64,000 nucleotides of DNA from Eledone cirrhosa (GCA_964016885.1 OZ024745.1:96844001-96908000), one strand, 5' to 3'; positions 41,827-57,680 are shown, counted from the first letter of the stretch. Notes: generated from the letters alone by a model not told the origin. Translations and numbers: made by a program.

Positions 41827-42016
41827 TTAGGGCGGTGGATTGGCAGTATCGGTAAGGGTCGGACGCCATGCTTTGAAGCATAGAGTTACCTCCCTTTATG
41901 ATCTGAGTTCAAATCCCGCCGAGGTTAACTTTGCCTTTCATCCTTACGGGGTCGATAATATAAAGTACCAGTAATGCACTGGAATAATTGCTGGCCTTGT
42001 GCCAAAAGTAGAAACA
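41827..42016 (+). mobile_element. SINE inserted in the 3' pLTR with a 16-bp TSD
   Basis: ATTATTTCTGAAGACA at 41811-41826 and 42017-42032. Confidence 0.95.
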
Positions 42017-42213
42017 ATTATTTCTGAAGACAGCATATATATGTTAAGGTATGTATATTCCCTCTGATAGTTTGTATAAATATTGTACATAGATCTATAG
42101 AATATGCATACCAATTCTAACACATATATATCCTAGAAACGATCGTAAAATAATGAACTTTTTTTGTTTAATATAAGGAACTGTTTCTTTGTTTATTCAT
42201 TATTTTTTTAATA

Positions 42214-42265
<52 letters not shown>

Positions 42266-42270
<5 letters not shown>

Positions 42271-42993
42271 GATAAGCAGAACAAGTAAAATTCAATCAAT
42301 TTTTCAAAATACATTAAAAAATATAATATAAATATTTACCTCTTCTAGTGGCCCTTACTGATCAGTTTCGCTTTGTAAAACCTCATAAATCCGATGGATT
42401 TATGATGGAAAACCAAAGCTCATCAGAGAAGCATATTCCCATCCCAGGGCTAAACGTCCCAGGAACGACAAAATATACAACCTCCTGCCAGCTAATAAAG
42501 GTCTGAAAGGTCGTAAAATTGACCCGTATGTAAACTGGACCGAAGTAAAAGCGGGAAAATCAAAGACTTGCTGTCTACAATTACTACTAAAAAAATAGCA
42601 GCCAAGTAGAGCAACAGATTTGTTCTCAACGGACGGAGAAAAAGGTAGAAGTTAATATGTCCAGGGATACTAGGTACCCCTAGAAATACATAGGTTGTCT
42701 ATGATTCAAGGTTGTTCAATGGTGTTAATTTGATACACCAGAACTTTAATATTAAGATAAGCAGAACAAGTAAAATTCAATCAATTTTTCAAAATACATT
42801 AAAAAATATAATATAAATATTTACCTCTTCTAGTGGCCCTTACTGATCAGTTTCGCTTTGTAAAACCTCATAAATCCGATGGATTTATGATGGAAAACCA
42901 AAGCTCATCAGAGAAGCATTTTCCCATCCCAGGGCTAAACGTCCCAGGAACGACAAAATATACAACCTCCTGCCAGCTAATAAAGGTCTGAAA
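42266..42993 (-). mobile_element. Non-coding retrozyme-like element: 1.5 units of a 485-bp monomer with two hammerheads (42351-42432, 42836-42917)
   Basis: ~243-bp near-identical direct repeats offset by 485 bp. Each has CTGATGA-50-nt stem II-GAAAC-tgatca-GTA. (TA)n on both flanks, no ORF. Confidence 0.85.
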
Positions 42994-42994
42994 G

Positions 42995-43028
<34 letters not shown>

Positions 43029-43051
43029 ATATATATATATACACCCTCGAG

Positions 43052-43160
43052 TATTCCGATAATTTGATCAGAGACACACATTGTATTTAAGGTCGAGAGA
43101 CGCAGTTTCGAGGGATTAGCGGCCTTTAGACTCACCTGGCCAATGAAACAGTTGTAAATA
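43052..43160 (+). ncRNA. Hammerhead-like motif, CCGATAA core, ~80-nt stem II
   Basis: TATT-CCGATAA-tTTGATCAG...CTGGCCAAt-GAAAC-agtt-GTA-AATA. The element ends TTTCAC(TA)n. Confidence 0.6.
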
Positions 43161-43201
43161 AAACCCTTTTTGAACAGTCGACCATATTATTCTTCACTCT
43201 T

Positions 43202-43275
<74 letters not shown>

Positions 43276-43277
<2 letters not shown>

Positions 43278-43547
43278 TCTGTCTTAAGCCAGAAGCCTCA
43301 TTTGTCCGGTGCTTATCCCGGTTTCATGGCGTGAAGCGACTGAGAGTAGAAGACTCCCCCCTGGACAGGACGCCAGTCCATCGCAGGGTTAAACCTCCAG
43401 CTATTGCTGGTACTCATTTTCAGCTGAGTATACAGGAGCAACGTTAAATGAAGTGTTTTGCTCAAGAACACAACACGCAGCCCAAGAATCGAACCCACGA
43501 CATTGTGATCGTAAGTCCAACACTCTTACCACTAGGCCACGTGCCTC
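43276..43547 (-). mobile_element. tRNA-derived SINE with V-domain-like body
   Basis: Head GTGGCCTAGTGGTAAG...GGTTCGATTC. Body CCTGCGATGGACTGGCGTCCTGTCCAGGG. Confidence 0.8.
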
Positions 43548-43555
43548 TCTCTCTT

Positions 43556-43897
<342 letters not shown>

Positions 43898-43952
<55 letters not shown>

Positions 43953-43961
43953 GTATATATA

Positions 43962-44011
<50 letters not shown>

Positions 44012-44035
44012 ATTATATATATATATATATATATA

Positions 44036-44073
<38 letters not shown>

Positions 44074-44089
44074 TATATATATATATATA

Positions 44090-44133
<44 letters not shown>

Positions 44134-44153
44134 TATATATATATATATATATA

Positions 44154-44189
<36 letters not shown>

Positions 44190-44237
44190 TATATATATAT
44201 ATATATATATATAATTATATATATATATATATATATA

Positions 44238-44318
<81 letters not shown>
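43898..44318. repeat. (TA)n with periodic AATT interruptions
   Basis: Direct reading. Confidence 0.97.
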
Positions 44319-44320
<2 letters not shown>

Positions 44321-44591
44321 AAAGTATATGAGCTCACCGTAAGATCCCTAATCGCGGGTCTTACTATAGAATAATCTAAGAAGTTGTGTATATAATAAAC
44401 TCTTGAAGAGAGTTCGAAGCCACCTGACATATGGTAGATGTGAATTCCCATAGGCGAGTCGGGGCTTAGACGTATAGTCAACGTGTTAGACTATTGTATA
44501 GTAAAAACTGCATTCTAGTAGCTTACAATAAGCTAACTTACTTCAAAAATTCAAATTTGCTCAACGCTTCGTAAAATGATTTATACACACG

Positions 44592-44622
<31 letters not shown>

Positions 44623-44651
44623 GGACGCACGCACGCACACACGCACACACA

Positions 44652-44691
<40 letters not shown>

Positions 44692-44719
44692 CGCGCGCGC
44701 GCACGCACACACACATCCA

Positions 44720-44765
<46 letters not shown>

Positions 44766-46050
44766 CTAGATGCCAGTAGGTTAGAATTTATCGAATTTTA
44801 TTGATTACATTTGTTGTTGTACGTATTTTGATGGTAAACGTTATGTAATAGTTACGGCCTGACGAGTCGGTTATTACCTGAACAGAAAATTACATTAATA
44901 AAAGTAAAATGAACAAAAATCAGTTATGCAGTTTCCATTCTGTGATATCCCACGGACGGGCTGTTGGTGTTGTTTCCTCAAACACCCGCTGACATATGAA
45001 TTAGTTCAAACAACCTCACAGTAAGGGCACAAACAACACCAGGCTATTGGTTGAAGATAGTTCCAACTATCTTACTACCTACCTTGCTTTCTTGACCGCC
45101 CCAGTGACGCCAAGATCGAAGATTGTTTATTCACTCCGGTATCAGTTCAGTTTTTAAGTCTTTAGTAGTAGGGGGTTACACTATGGCCCCTACTGCTTAA
45201 GAATTTACCTGATACCTTATACTAAAACAAAGGATATATTTATTATGCTGAGATTCAATAATGTTTCTGAAAACCTATTGGCGTCGTAAAGATGCAAACA
45301 GAACCAGGCTCGATTTTAAACCGATTATATATATTCGATTTTACACCAATTAAATACATCCTATTTTATTCTGATTACATGTATTCGTGAAAACAAGTCC
45401 ATGCATCACGAGATATCATCATACGCTTAAAACATCACAAAATTCAAATCTTCCATATTTATATACAGAATAACTAATATAGAGAGTATCAACACATATC
45501 TCTTTATTCGGCTGTATTGAGAGTTACCAATATAAATGTTTCTTTAAATACATCGATGATACATCTTAAAGTAAGAATCCAACAGAGTGCTCTATGAACT
45601 AGAGATAGATTAATAAAACATGCAGTCTAACTGATTCAAATAAAAACCGAAGAACAATTCAAAGCATATATACTAAAATAAGATATATTTTATATCGGGA
45701 TATACTGTATTCTTGGAAACTAACCACATTTGTAGTGACACAAGAACCGTCGTGGTTTATGGCTTTCTTTATTGGATGTATATAAACATCTAGATAAGTT
45801 TGAATTTCTTTATTAACCATCCAGCTGACGGCAGATTCGGCTGTGTCGCTACGAATACAGATAGTTTCCAGAAATACAATTGTGCCCCGTTATAATATAT
45901 ATTCTATTTTGATATACGGTGTATGTCTCGAATTGATTTTAGTCGGTTACTCTACTTATTATATCAAATTACTTCATTCTAAATTTACTATATGGAACAC
46001 TTTAGAGGATTCGTGGTGTAAGAAACAAATGAGTGTGAATGTATATCTAA

Positions 46051-46086
<36 letters not shown>

Positions 46087-46123
46087 TCATACGTATATAT
46101 ATATATATATATATATTCATACG

Positions 46124-46165
<42 letters not shown>

Positions 46166-46168
46166 TAC

Positions 46169-46228
<60 letters not shown>

Positions 46229-46424
46229 TGTGCATGTGGGCGTGTGCTTTTTATGTTTGTTTGTGTGTAATTACATGCGTCAGTTGATGACTTTGCTATA
46301 ATATATCAAGGATAGAGTGGAAAATCAATAACCAAATAAAGAAGTCATCAGTTAAAGCTATTATTTATAAAAAGCAATGATTGTGTGCGAGGGACTTAAA
46401 TCATCAAAGAAGAAGAAACAATAG

Positions 46425-47495
46425 TGATAATAGTTTCTTATATAGGCACAAGGCCAGCAATTTGGGAGGGGCGGGGGGATAGGAGGCTAAGTCGATTAAA
46501 TCGAGCCCAGTGCGTGACTGGTACTTTATTTTATCGACCCCGTAAGGATGAAAGGCAAAGTTAACCTCGGCGGGATTTGAACTCAGATCATAAAGGGCTG
46601 TAACTCTATGCTGCAAAGTGTGGCGTCCGACCCTCTACCGATGATGACAATCCACCTATAGTAATAATAATAATTGTTTCTACATTAGGCATAGGGCCAG
46701 CAATTTTGGGGGAGGGGAGGGAAAAGTCGATTAAATCGACCCTAGTGTGTTACTGGTACTTTATTTTATCGACCCAGTAAGGATGAAAGGCAAAGGGAAC
46801 ATCCAGGTAAACGGCAGGATTTGAACTCACAACGTAAAGCATGTAGGCCGACGCTCTACCGATACTGTCAATCCATCACCCTGTAAAGAAGAAGAAGAAG
46901 AAGAAGAAGAAGAAGAAGAGACAATATCATTCAGCCACAAGAGTATTTCGGTTTGGAGACGAAAGATAAAGTTTAAATGGAAAAGAAAAGAGGGAGAAGG
47001 GGAGAAGATGGAAACTTAGCTAGATAGAATGGAAGAAGGAAGTAGACAATCCAGAATATCTTGATTAGGGAATTATTGTAGCTGTTGTTGTTTATTATTA
47101 TTTTCGGATTGGGGAGGTGGATTGGCAATATCGGTAAAGGGTCGGACGCCATGCTTTGACGCAGAGTTACGGCCCTTGCCATTCTGAGTTCAAATCCCAC
47201 CGAGGTTAACTTTGCCTTTCATCCTTACGGGGTCGATAAAATAAAGTACCAGTAATGCACTGGGATAATTGCTGGCCTTGTGCCAAAAGTAGAAACAATT
47301 ATTATTTTCGGATTGGCAGTATCGGTAGAGGGTCGGACGCCATGCTTTGCAGCAAAGAGTTACAGCCCTTTATGGTCTGAGTTCAAATCCCGCCGAGGTT
47401 AACTTTTGCTTTCATCCTTACGGGGTCGATGAAATAAAGTACCAGTAATGTACTGAGTAATTGCTGGCCTTGTGCCAAAAAGTAGAAACACTTAT
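46425..47495. mobile_element. SINE cluster (two - copies, two + copies)
   Basis: SINE consensus. TSD ATTATTTTCGGATTGG at ~47097 and ~47301. Confidence 0.9.
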
Positions 47496-48185
47496 ATTCT
47501 TTTTATAAATAGTAAATATGATGACGTAAATAGAATGGCAGTTATCGTTAATTAAGATGTTGGGGTAAATTATTTAAAGATACAAGTAAATTGCAAAGTG
47601 AAACACGTTGGCACACATTTAAAATGGCAAGCCCTTTAGAATTCGTGTTTCTTTGACTTAAACTTGTCATTCTTCTTCATTATATGTATATAGGTAGGCA
47701 AAAATTTATTTTCACTTGTAAATGAAATGTATATTCTTTGATCCTTTTGTCTCTTTGAATATATATTCATTCACAAATGCTTTTCTGCAATTCTTCGATA
47801 CCATTGTTTGTATTCAGACTTAACTGTCACACATACAAAAAAAAAACCCACAAAAACAAAAAGAAAAACGAAAACAAAACAAAGCAAACAAAATCTAACT
47901 TCAAAAATTCTTCACAGCTTTAATTCTTTCCTTCCATACATGCTAACAAAAATATGGCACTTCGCTGCTTTCATATGTTTATTTTACATTTGTTTCCTTT
48001 TTCCTCACTTCAGTTACAGACTTCCTGTTTCCTATTACCAGAATGTAAATATATTATTCACTGGTTTTCACAGAAATGGAATAGTAAGTAGAACAAACGC
48101 ATTATTATATATTTTTATGCTTTCAATACACTCTCCTCCTCTTCGTTCCCCCTCTCTCTCTCCCTCTCTGCGATTCTCTCTTTCC

Positions 48186-48222
<37 letters not shown>

Positions 48223-48310
48223 CACAGATAAATCCACCATTTAATGGTAGGGACTACGCCGTATGAAGAACTCAATGTAATCAATATATATATATATATA
48301 TATTGATTAC

Positions 48311-48431
<121 letters not shown>

Positions 48432-48877
48432 CTATATACATACATACCTACATACATATATACATACATATATATATTATATAAATATAACGTATATATA
48501 TGCATACATAAATACACACATACATACGCGCATACATGCATACATACATACATACATACATACATACATACATACATACATACATACATACATACATACA
48601 TACATACATACATACACACACACAGAGACGACGTAGAAACAAAAGTGTTACTTTTCAGCTCCTTTACTTGAATTATTTTGCTTCAGTCTAATAAAACTTG
48701 GCATTATAAAATCTATTGGTATTTTGTTTCTTTCTTGATATCGTGTGTGTATATATTGGATAGAAGAAGAGGAGAAAGTAAATTCCGCGAAAATATTTAC
48801 TAGAATTTGTGCCATTAACAACAACATTATAATTACCGCTATGGCTAGCAGATATTCCACACAATTTCTTTTGGATA

Positions 48878-50183
48878 AATAATTCTTTCTACTTTTGGTA
48901 CAAGATCAGCAATGATTCCAGTGCATTACTGGTGCTTTATTTTATCGACCCCCGTAAAGATGAAAGTCAAAGTTAACTTCGGCAGGATTTGAACTCAGAA
49001 CGTAAAGCATGTAAGCCGACGCTCTACCGATACTGCCATTCCACCGCCCTGTAGAGAAGAAGAAGAAGAAGAAGAAGAAGAAGAAGAAGAAGAAGAAGAA
49101 GAACTCAGACCATAAAGAGCCATAACTCTATGCTGCAAAGCATGGTGTTCGACCCTCTACCGATGCTGCCAAATAATACTGGATAAATAATTGTTTCTAC
49201 TTTTGGCACAAGGCCAGCAATTATTCCAGTGTATTACTGGTACTTTATTTTATCGACCCCGTAAGGATGAAAGGCAAAGTTAACCTCGACGGGATTTGAA
49301 CTCAAATTGTAAAGGGACGTAACTATGTTGGAAAGCATGGCTTCCGACCCTCTACCGATACTGCCAATCCACAATACTGGATAAATAATGAGAGCCATCC
49401 GCAATTCGTCATCTCCAATGAAACGCCTATTATCTATTGACTCTCGGTTAACATAATTTCTAATATCTTACAACCTGAAACACATATGCTGCTATACACA
49501 TCTTGATAGCCGGCTTGAAGCCAAATAACTATACAGAGAAACGCAGCTAAATGATTCTGTCTATTGGGTAATTGCTGGCCTTGTGCCTAAATTAGAAACA
49601 ATTATGATGGCGGTGGATTGGCTGTATCGGTAGAGAGTCGGACACCATGCTTTGAAGCATAGAGTTACGTCCCTTTATGATCTGAGTTCAAATCCCGCCG
49701 AGGTTAACTTTGCTTTTCATCCTTACGGGGTCGATAAGATAAAGTACCAGTAATGTACTGTTAATTGCTGGCCTTGTGCCTAAAATAGAAACAATTATGA
49801 TGCATAGCAGGGGGATTGACAGTATCGGTAGAGGCTCGGATGCCATGCTTTGCAGCACAGTTACGTCCCTTTATGATCTGAGTTCAAATCACGCCGATGT
49901 TAACTTTGCCTTTCATCCTTACGGGGTCGATAAAATAAAGTACCAGTAATACATTGAATAATTGCTGGCCTTGTGTCAAAAGTAGAAACAATTATTATTG
50001 GATTGTCAGTATCGGTAGAGGGTCGGACACCATGCTTTCCAGAATAGTTACGTCCCTTTACGGTCTGAGTTCAAATCCCGTTGAGGTTAACTTTGCCTTT
50101 CATCCTTATGGGGTCGATAAAATAAAGTAAGAGTAATGCACTGGGTAATTGCTGGCCTTATGTCAAAAGTAGAAACAATTATG
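48878..50183. mobile_element. SINE cluster (about three - copies then three to four + copies)
   Basis: Repeated SINE consensus. TSD AATACTGGATAAATAAT flanks the 49183-49372 copy. Confidence 0.9.
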
Positions 50184-50439
50184 ATGTATGAAGTAAGTGT
50201 AACCCCTGCAGAAAGTATTGAAAGTAAAGCAGTGGTTTTTTTTACGTTGAGCCATATTCCGAATTGAATACAAATTTCTCTACCAATTATGCCCGAGTTA
50301 TAATCAACAAAACCATGTTCTCTCCAAACGTTTCAAAACTTAAGTTGATACTGTTCCACTGCCTCAACTTCAATTGTGGCATTGAGCTTCTATTGAAGCA
50401 ACAATAACAAAAACAAAGAAATTACACAGGATCTATTGG

Positions 50440-50655
50440 CAACAAGTTCAGGATCATGTACAATTGACGTGTTTTCTGGAGCGGGTCAATCTCTAGTTCA
50501 ACGTTTATCTTCGACAGATAGTGCTCAATGTTCTTCGTCACCATACCAGGAGCACCAATGACTACTAGGACAATGGTGACGGTCTTCGCTTCATTACTCC
50601 AGCATTTCAAGATTTCATATTTTAAGTCAGTATAAACTTCTATTTTCTCCTCTCT
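50440..50655 (-). pseudogene. R4/Dong-like retrotransposon C-terminal fragment
   Basis: KIEVYTDLKYEILKCW...TIVLVVIGAPGMVTKN...LQKT resembles the REL-endonuclease C-terminus of the R4 clade. Confidence 0.65.
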
Positions 50656-50659
50656 CCGG

Positions 50660-52211
50660 GTGCCCTAGAAGCGTCGGGTGGCTCAGGATTGGTGGGGTAC
50701 CTGAGACGCTCTTGCCCCCACCCCCATATTGGGGAATTTATTTTGTTATGTTTATGCATAGATTATTTTATATTTTCATTGTTAAATTGGTCTTGCCATT
50801 GGGCACTTTCACTCGGGGGTTTGGTTCGGACCAGACCTCCAGGTGGAAGAGAATTGGAACGAGGTAACGAGCAGGATAGCCAGTCTCACCCAGAAATGGG
50901 CTACGAAGAAGCTATCACTGAAAGGTCACGTGGAGGTGGCGAATGCGTACATCGCGTCCGTCATCTACTACCGCCTGACGTCGTGCCGTGCCCCCGTCCG
51001 CGCCTCACCTCTTCAAATTCTTGTGGAGAGGACAAGTCACGTTGGTGAGGCGGTCCATCTGCAGTCAGCACCCTCTACGCGGAGGGCTGGGCATGCCATG
51101 GCTAATGATGCGCAGACATGCACTGAGGCTGCGACATCTCCAGATATACTGCCTAAACGGTGAACAGGTGTGGTCGCCGTTTATCAGACGGGCCTTTCCG
51201 CAGCACGTTTCTTTGACTGAGCTGCAGTCCTGGGTCAAGAAGAGACCAAGACTGGGTGACTGGTACCTGGAATGTTGCCAGGCACTCACTGCCCTCTACT
51301 AAGCGGACAATACGATCAGTGGAACTTCCACTCTCGAGTTCTATAGAGGATTAGTGGTGGGCAAGTGCGGTGACGGACTCGGAGAGGCTTTGGACCTCGA
51401 CGAAGTCGAACTGACCAGTCTGTTCCGGAGGACTTTCGAGCCGGGAACGATGGACAACTTCCAGAAATCCCTCGCTTGGTAGTGCTACCGGGGGCACTGC
51501 CTGTTCGAGATAAACTCTACAGGCATGGAAGTGCTGTCAGACGGAACTGTCCGAGATGCGCACAGAGCGACGAAAGAGTTGTGCATGCACTTGTCCAATG
51601 TCCGTGCATTACTGATTTGTGGAGTTATATCGAACAGCTACTGTCGCGTATAGAATGGGTCCGGCTATCGGCCGAGTGCATAGTGAAGATCGACCCGCCG
51701 CTTTCCTTTGGCCAGGAAGGGCAGGCAATTTTCCTGTCTGGTGGCAGTTGCGAAAAAGGTTCTATGGTGGACCAGATTGAAAGGACTGAAGACACACACT
51801 TTTCTCTTCGGCCAATCCCTCATCAACTTCTTCAAGTTTCACCTGGAAAGGAAGGTGAGGTTGGAGAGAGGAAGTGCTGCCCCCCAGTTAATTTGCTAAA
51901 AGGTGGATGAATGTGGCGCGAATGGCCCGCGAATGGCCCGCGAATGACCATGCGCCTATAGGCTGGCTAATTTGAGGAGGAGAGGGGGTGCTCTCCCCGC
52001 GTACCCTAGAAGCGCAGTGTGGTTCAGGATTGGTGAGGTACCTGAGTCACCCCTGAGTCCTCCACCCCTCTATTTGGGAATTTATTTTGTTATATTTATG
52101 CATAGTTTAGTCTTGCCATTGTGCACTTCTACTCGAGCTTATTGTAAACTCCCACTGTCCGTGTCTTTGTACTGTCCCTTACATCTCGGCCCTTGTGGCC
52201 AACAAAGAAAC

Positions 52212-52215
<4 letters not shown>
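50660..52215 (+). mobile_element. 5'-truncated Tx1/L1-clade LINE, frameshifted
   Basis: W..KKLSLKG, FLW, GGLG, LPVRDKL, CPRC....E...HALVQC zinc knuckle, then a 3' UTR and (ATT)n. Confidence 0.85.
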
Positions 52216-52258
<43 letters not shown>

Positions 52259-52259
52259 G

Positions 52260-52492
52260 GACGGTGGATTGGCAGTATCGGTAGAGCTTCAGACACCAGG
52301 CTTTGCAGCATAGACCTATGGCCCTTTACGTTCTAAGTTAAAATCGCGTCGAGGTTAGCTTTGCCTTTTATCCTTACAGGGTCGATAAAATAAAGCACCA
52401 GTAATGCACTGGGGTCGATTTAAATGACCCCCACCCCCACCCCCACCCCCCACTAATTGCTGGCCTTGTGCCTAAAGTAGAAACAATTATTA
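52260..52492 (+). mobile_element. Dominant SINE copy
   Basis: SINE consensus. Confidence 0.88.
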
Positions 52493-53194
52493 TGCCTATC
52501 TGTATCTCTTACACATATATATATATATGTGTGTGTGTGTTGTGTGTTTGTGTGTGTGCGTGCGTGCGAGCGTTCATGCGTGTGCGTGTGTATGCGCGTG
52601 CGTCTGTGTATGTGTGTATACCAGCTCACATATTTATTCATTTTAATTTTGTGTGAGGAAACGTTATTTCATTAAATATTAATGTTGAGTGTGTAAAAAG
52701 TTATGCAAATGATATCAGTTTTTTTTTTTTTAAATTGCTATAACAGGAAATTTTGTATGACTATTTATCATACTTGAATTACATAGGAGAAACGTGAACA
52801 AATTCTGAAGGAAACCAAGGAACTTATCGCATTTTGCAATCATGGCTGTTGGTATAGGCAGAGTGCAGTACAATCGATAGTGATTTGAAAAAATGACACG
52901 GAGACGAAGAACGTAAATAGATTTGAAATTGTTTGTAGTAAATTAGATCAGATAAATATGTATTCTAAATAATTTTTCGCCAATCATTCGGAAGTGTAAA
53001 CACACTTTCTTAAATAACACATTCCTCATTTTCTTGCAGACATATGAAAAATGTGGTGAATAATGGTTTCAAATGGTGTTTATAATGCCCTACAATAACA
53101 TGCACCATCAATAATCATTGATTATATAGGCGTACATACGCGTGTGTGCTTGCGTATACACACGCACATACGCACATACAAACACACACACATT

Positions 53195-53228
<34 letters not shown>

Positions 53229-53507
53229 AGTTTTAATATAGATGAGATTCTACAGGACTAGAACTGTTTCATTCTTTAGAAATCATCAGGAATCTGGGTA
53301 TCAAAAAATAAATATGGTATTTATAGGTCTGTACAAGTGGTAGGAGAGGGTGGGGAGTGGGATGGGTGTAGGTCATTGGTTGATAGAAAAGGGAATTCAT
53401 TAAAAGCTAATTCTACAAAGCTATAGTTTATTTTTATTAATTTTTGTTTTTAGAGTAACAAAGGCAGACAGAATTCTATAAACAGGTTCCGGATGGCATA
53501 CCATTCC

Positions 53508-54937
53508 AAAAATTACCCGACAAACACCACACTCGCTTCCTGCAACTCGACATAGAAAACTACTATGCCTCTATCTCGGAGCCCCTCCTGAAGGACGCAA
53601 TTAACTTTGCCAGGAATTTTACCACCATTACCGATGCTGAGCAAGTTGTTATCCTCCACGCTCGTAAGACCTTTCTATACCACGATGGATCTTACTGGAT
53701 CAACAAGAAATCTCAGACCCCATTTGACGTTAGCATGGGGGCAAGTGACTCGGCTGAAATTAGCGACCTTGTGGGCCTGTACATCCTACATCACCTGAAG
53801 AACCTCTTTACCGGCCTAACCGGAGGTTTATACCGAGACGACGGCCTCTTCGCCCTGCATAAGGTTAACCCCAGAACCACCGATGGGTTTCGGAAAAACT
53901 TAAGCTCTTTCTTCTCTAATCTAGGATTTAGTATAACTATAGAATCTAATTTGACTAGGGCCAACTTCTTAGATGTCACTCTCGACCTAGATACTTCCCT
54001 CTATTACCCGTACCACAAACCTAACGAGTCCCTTAAATATATTAATGTTAATTCAAACCACCCCCAAAACATCATTGATAACCTAGTAAAAAGCGTCTCT
54101 ATTAGAATATCTGGCCTCTCCGCCAACAAAGATATTTTTAATGCATCTGCCTCCTACTACAATGACGCCCTCGCCCGTAGCGGATTTAAAGATAAGATAA
54201 CTTACCTAGAAACCACCGCAAGATTGCAGAGGAGGAATAGACATAGGCAGATTAGCTGGTACAACCCTCCCTTCAATAGAGAGGTATCTACTCCGATAGC
54301 TAGGATTTTCTTCACTTTGCTGAAATTACACTTCCCCATACAACATAGGTACCACACCATCTTTAATAAGAACACAATAAGACTGTCTTACTCCACCACA
54401 CCTAACCTAGATAGGAATATAGCCAACCACAATTCTAAAAAATTAAATAAGCCAACCACCTCCGAACCTAATCCCCGGACTGGGGCTCTATGTAATTGCC
54501 TAAATAAGGAAGCATGCCCACTTGAAAACAAATGCCTCACAAATGATATCGTATACAAATGCGATGTCATCTCAGGCACCGAGGATTGCAAAAAAACTTA
54601 CATCGGCATGACCTCCAACAACTTTAAGACCCGCTGGTATGCCCATACCCACTCCTTCAGAAGACCGGACAAATCTAATCAGACAACACTCGCCTCCTAC
54701 GTTTGGGACCTCAAAAGGAACTCCACCCCCTTCACGCTTAAATGGAAAATACTCCAGAAAGCGCGCTCTTACAACGGAGGACACAAGGGCTGCGACCTTT
54801 GTATTTCAGAGAGCTACGAAATTTTATTCGCCAAGGGCCCGCTACTGAACAAACTCTCTGAACACTGCCCGAACTGCATGCACAAGAACTTTGCAACTTT
54901 CAAACACTTTAAGCCAGTGTTAAAGCCCGATGGCTAA
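53508..54937 (+). pseudogene. PLE RT-GIY-YIG ORF lacking its N-terminus, otherwise open
   Basis: Frame is open upstream of the ATG (FLQLDIENYYASIS). LYRDD, NFLD, WYNPPF, CNC..CPL, IVY..YIG. Confidence 0.92.
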
Positions 54938-55109
54938 AGACGACCTCCCCCTATTGGACCCTATACCTCCTTCCCACCCTACCCCCACCCCTCCTCAACC
55001 TGAAATACGGCCACTATGGTTATGTGAGTACCTCTTTCCTATCTACATTTTCTGCCTGTAGAGGTGTTTTTATGTGCCTGCGTATATGCGTATATTTATT
55101 GAGTACTTA

Positions 55110-57110
<2,001 letters not shown>

Positions 57111-57680
57111 TTTTTTTGTGAATGTGTCTGTTGATTTTTGCATATAGTTGATTAGTTTAAGAGAAGTTCGAAGATAATTGTAAGATATGCACTCAGTATT
57201 TTGAATCTGTCTACAGAATTCTCTAAACCTTTGTCACTTAGTAGAACCTTAATGAATTTAGCTTTTAAAGAATCTCCCTTTCCTTTAATCTATCTACCAT
57301 GACTGACCCCCCACTGATCTTATAGACATCTGTTAGCTTAAGAGAAACTTAATTGTTTCTACTTTAGGCACAAGGCCAGCAATTACCCAGTACATTACTG
57401 GTACTTTATTTTATCGACCCCGTAAGGATGAAAGGCAAAGTTAACCTCGGCGGGAAACTTAATGACAAGGAATGGTATGCCATCCGGAACCTGTTTATAG
57501 AATTCTGTCTGCCTTTGTTACTCTAAAAGCAAAAATTAATAAATATAAACTATAGCTTTGTAGAATTAGCTTTTAATGAATTCCCTTTTCTATCAACCAA
57601 TGACCTACACCCATCCCACTCCCCACCCTCTCCTACCACTTGTAGAGACCTATAAATACCATATTTATTTTTTGATACCC

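Larger units (their letters stand above)
36806..42219 (+). mobile_element. Full-length PLE with direct pseudo-LTRs (36806-37070; 41749-42219)
   Basis: Near-identical 265-bp terminal repeats (the 3' one is split by a SINE), (TA)n on both flanks, intact ORF. Confidence 0.95.

Noticed and set aside
44855-44900. CTGACGA as a hammerhead core
   Set aside because: Followed by GAACAG with no matching stem I or III.
45040-45220. Promoter-like cluster (ATTGG, TGACGC, TCAGTT) with a downstream hairpin
   Set aside because: Short motifs expected by chance and no downstream gene is identifiable.
49565-50183. Regularly spaced repeats resembling a CRISPR array or tRNA cluster
   Set aside because: Tandem SINE copies. 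No unique spacers, no cas genes and no complete cloverleaf.
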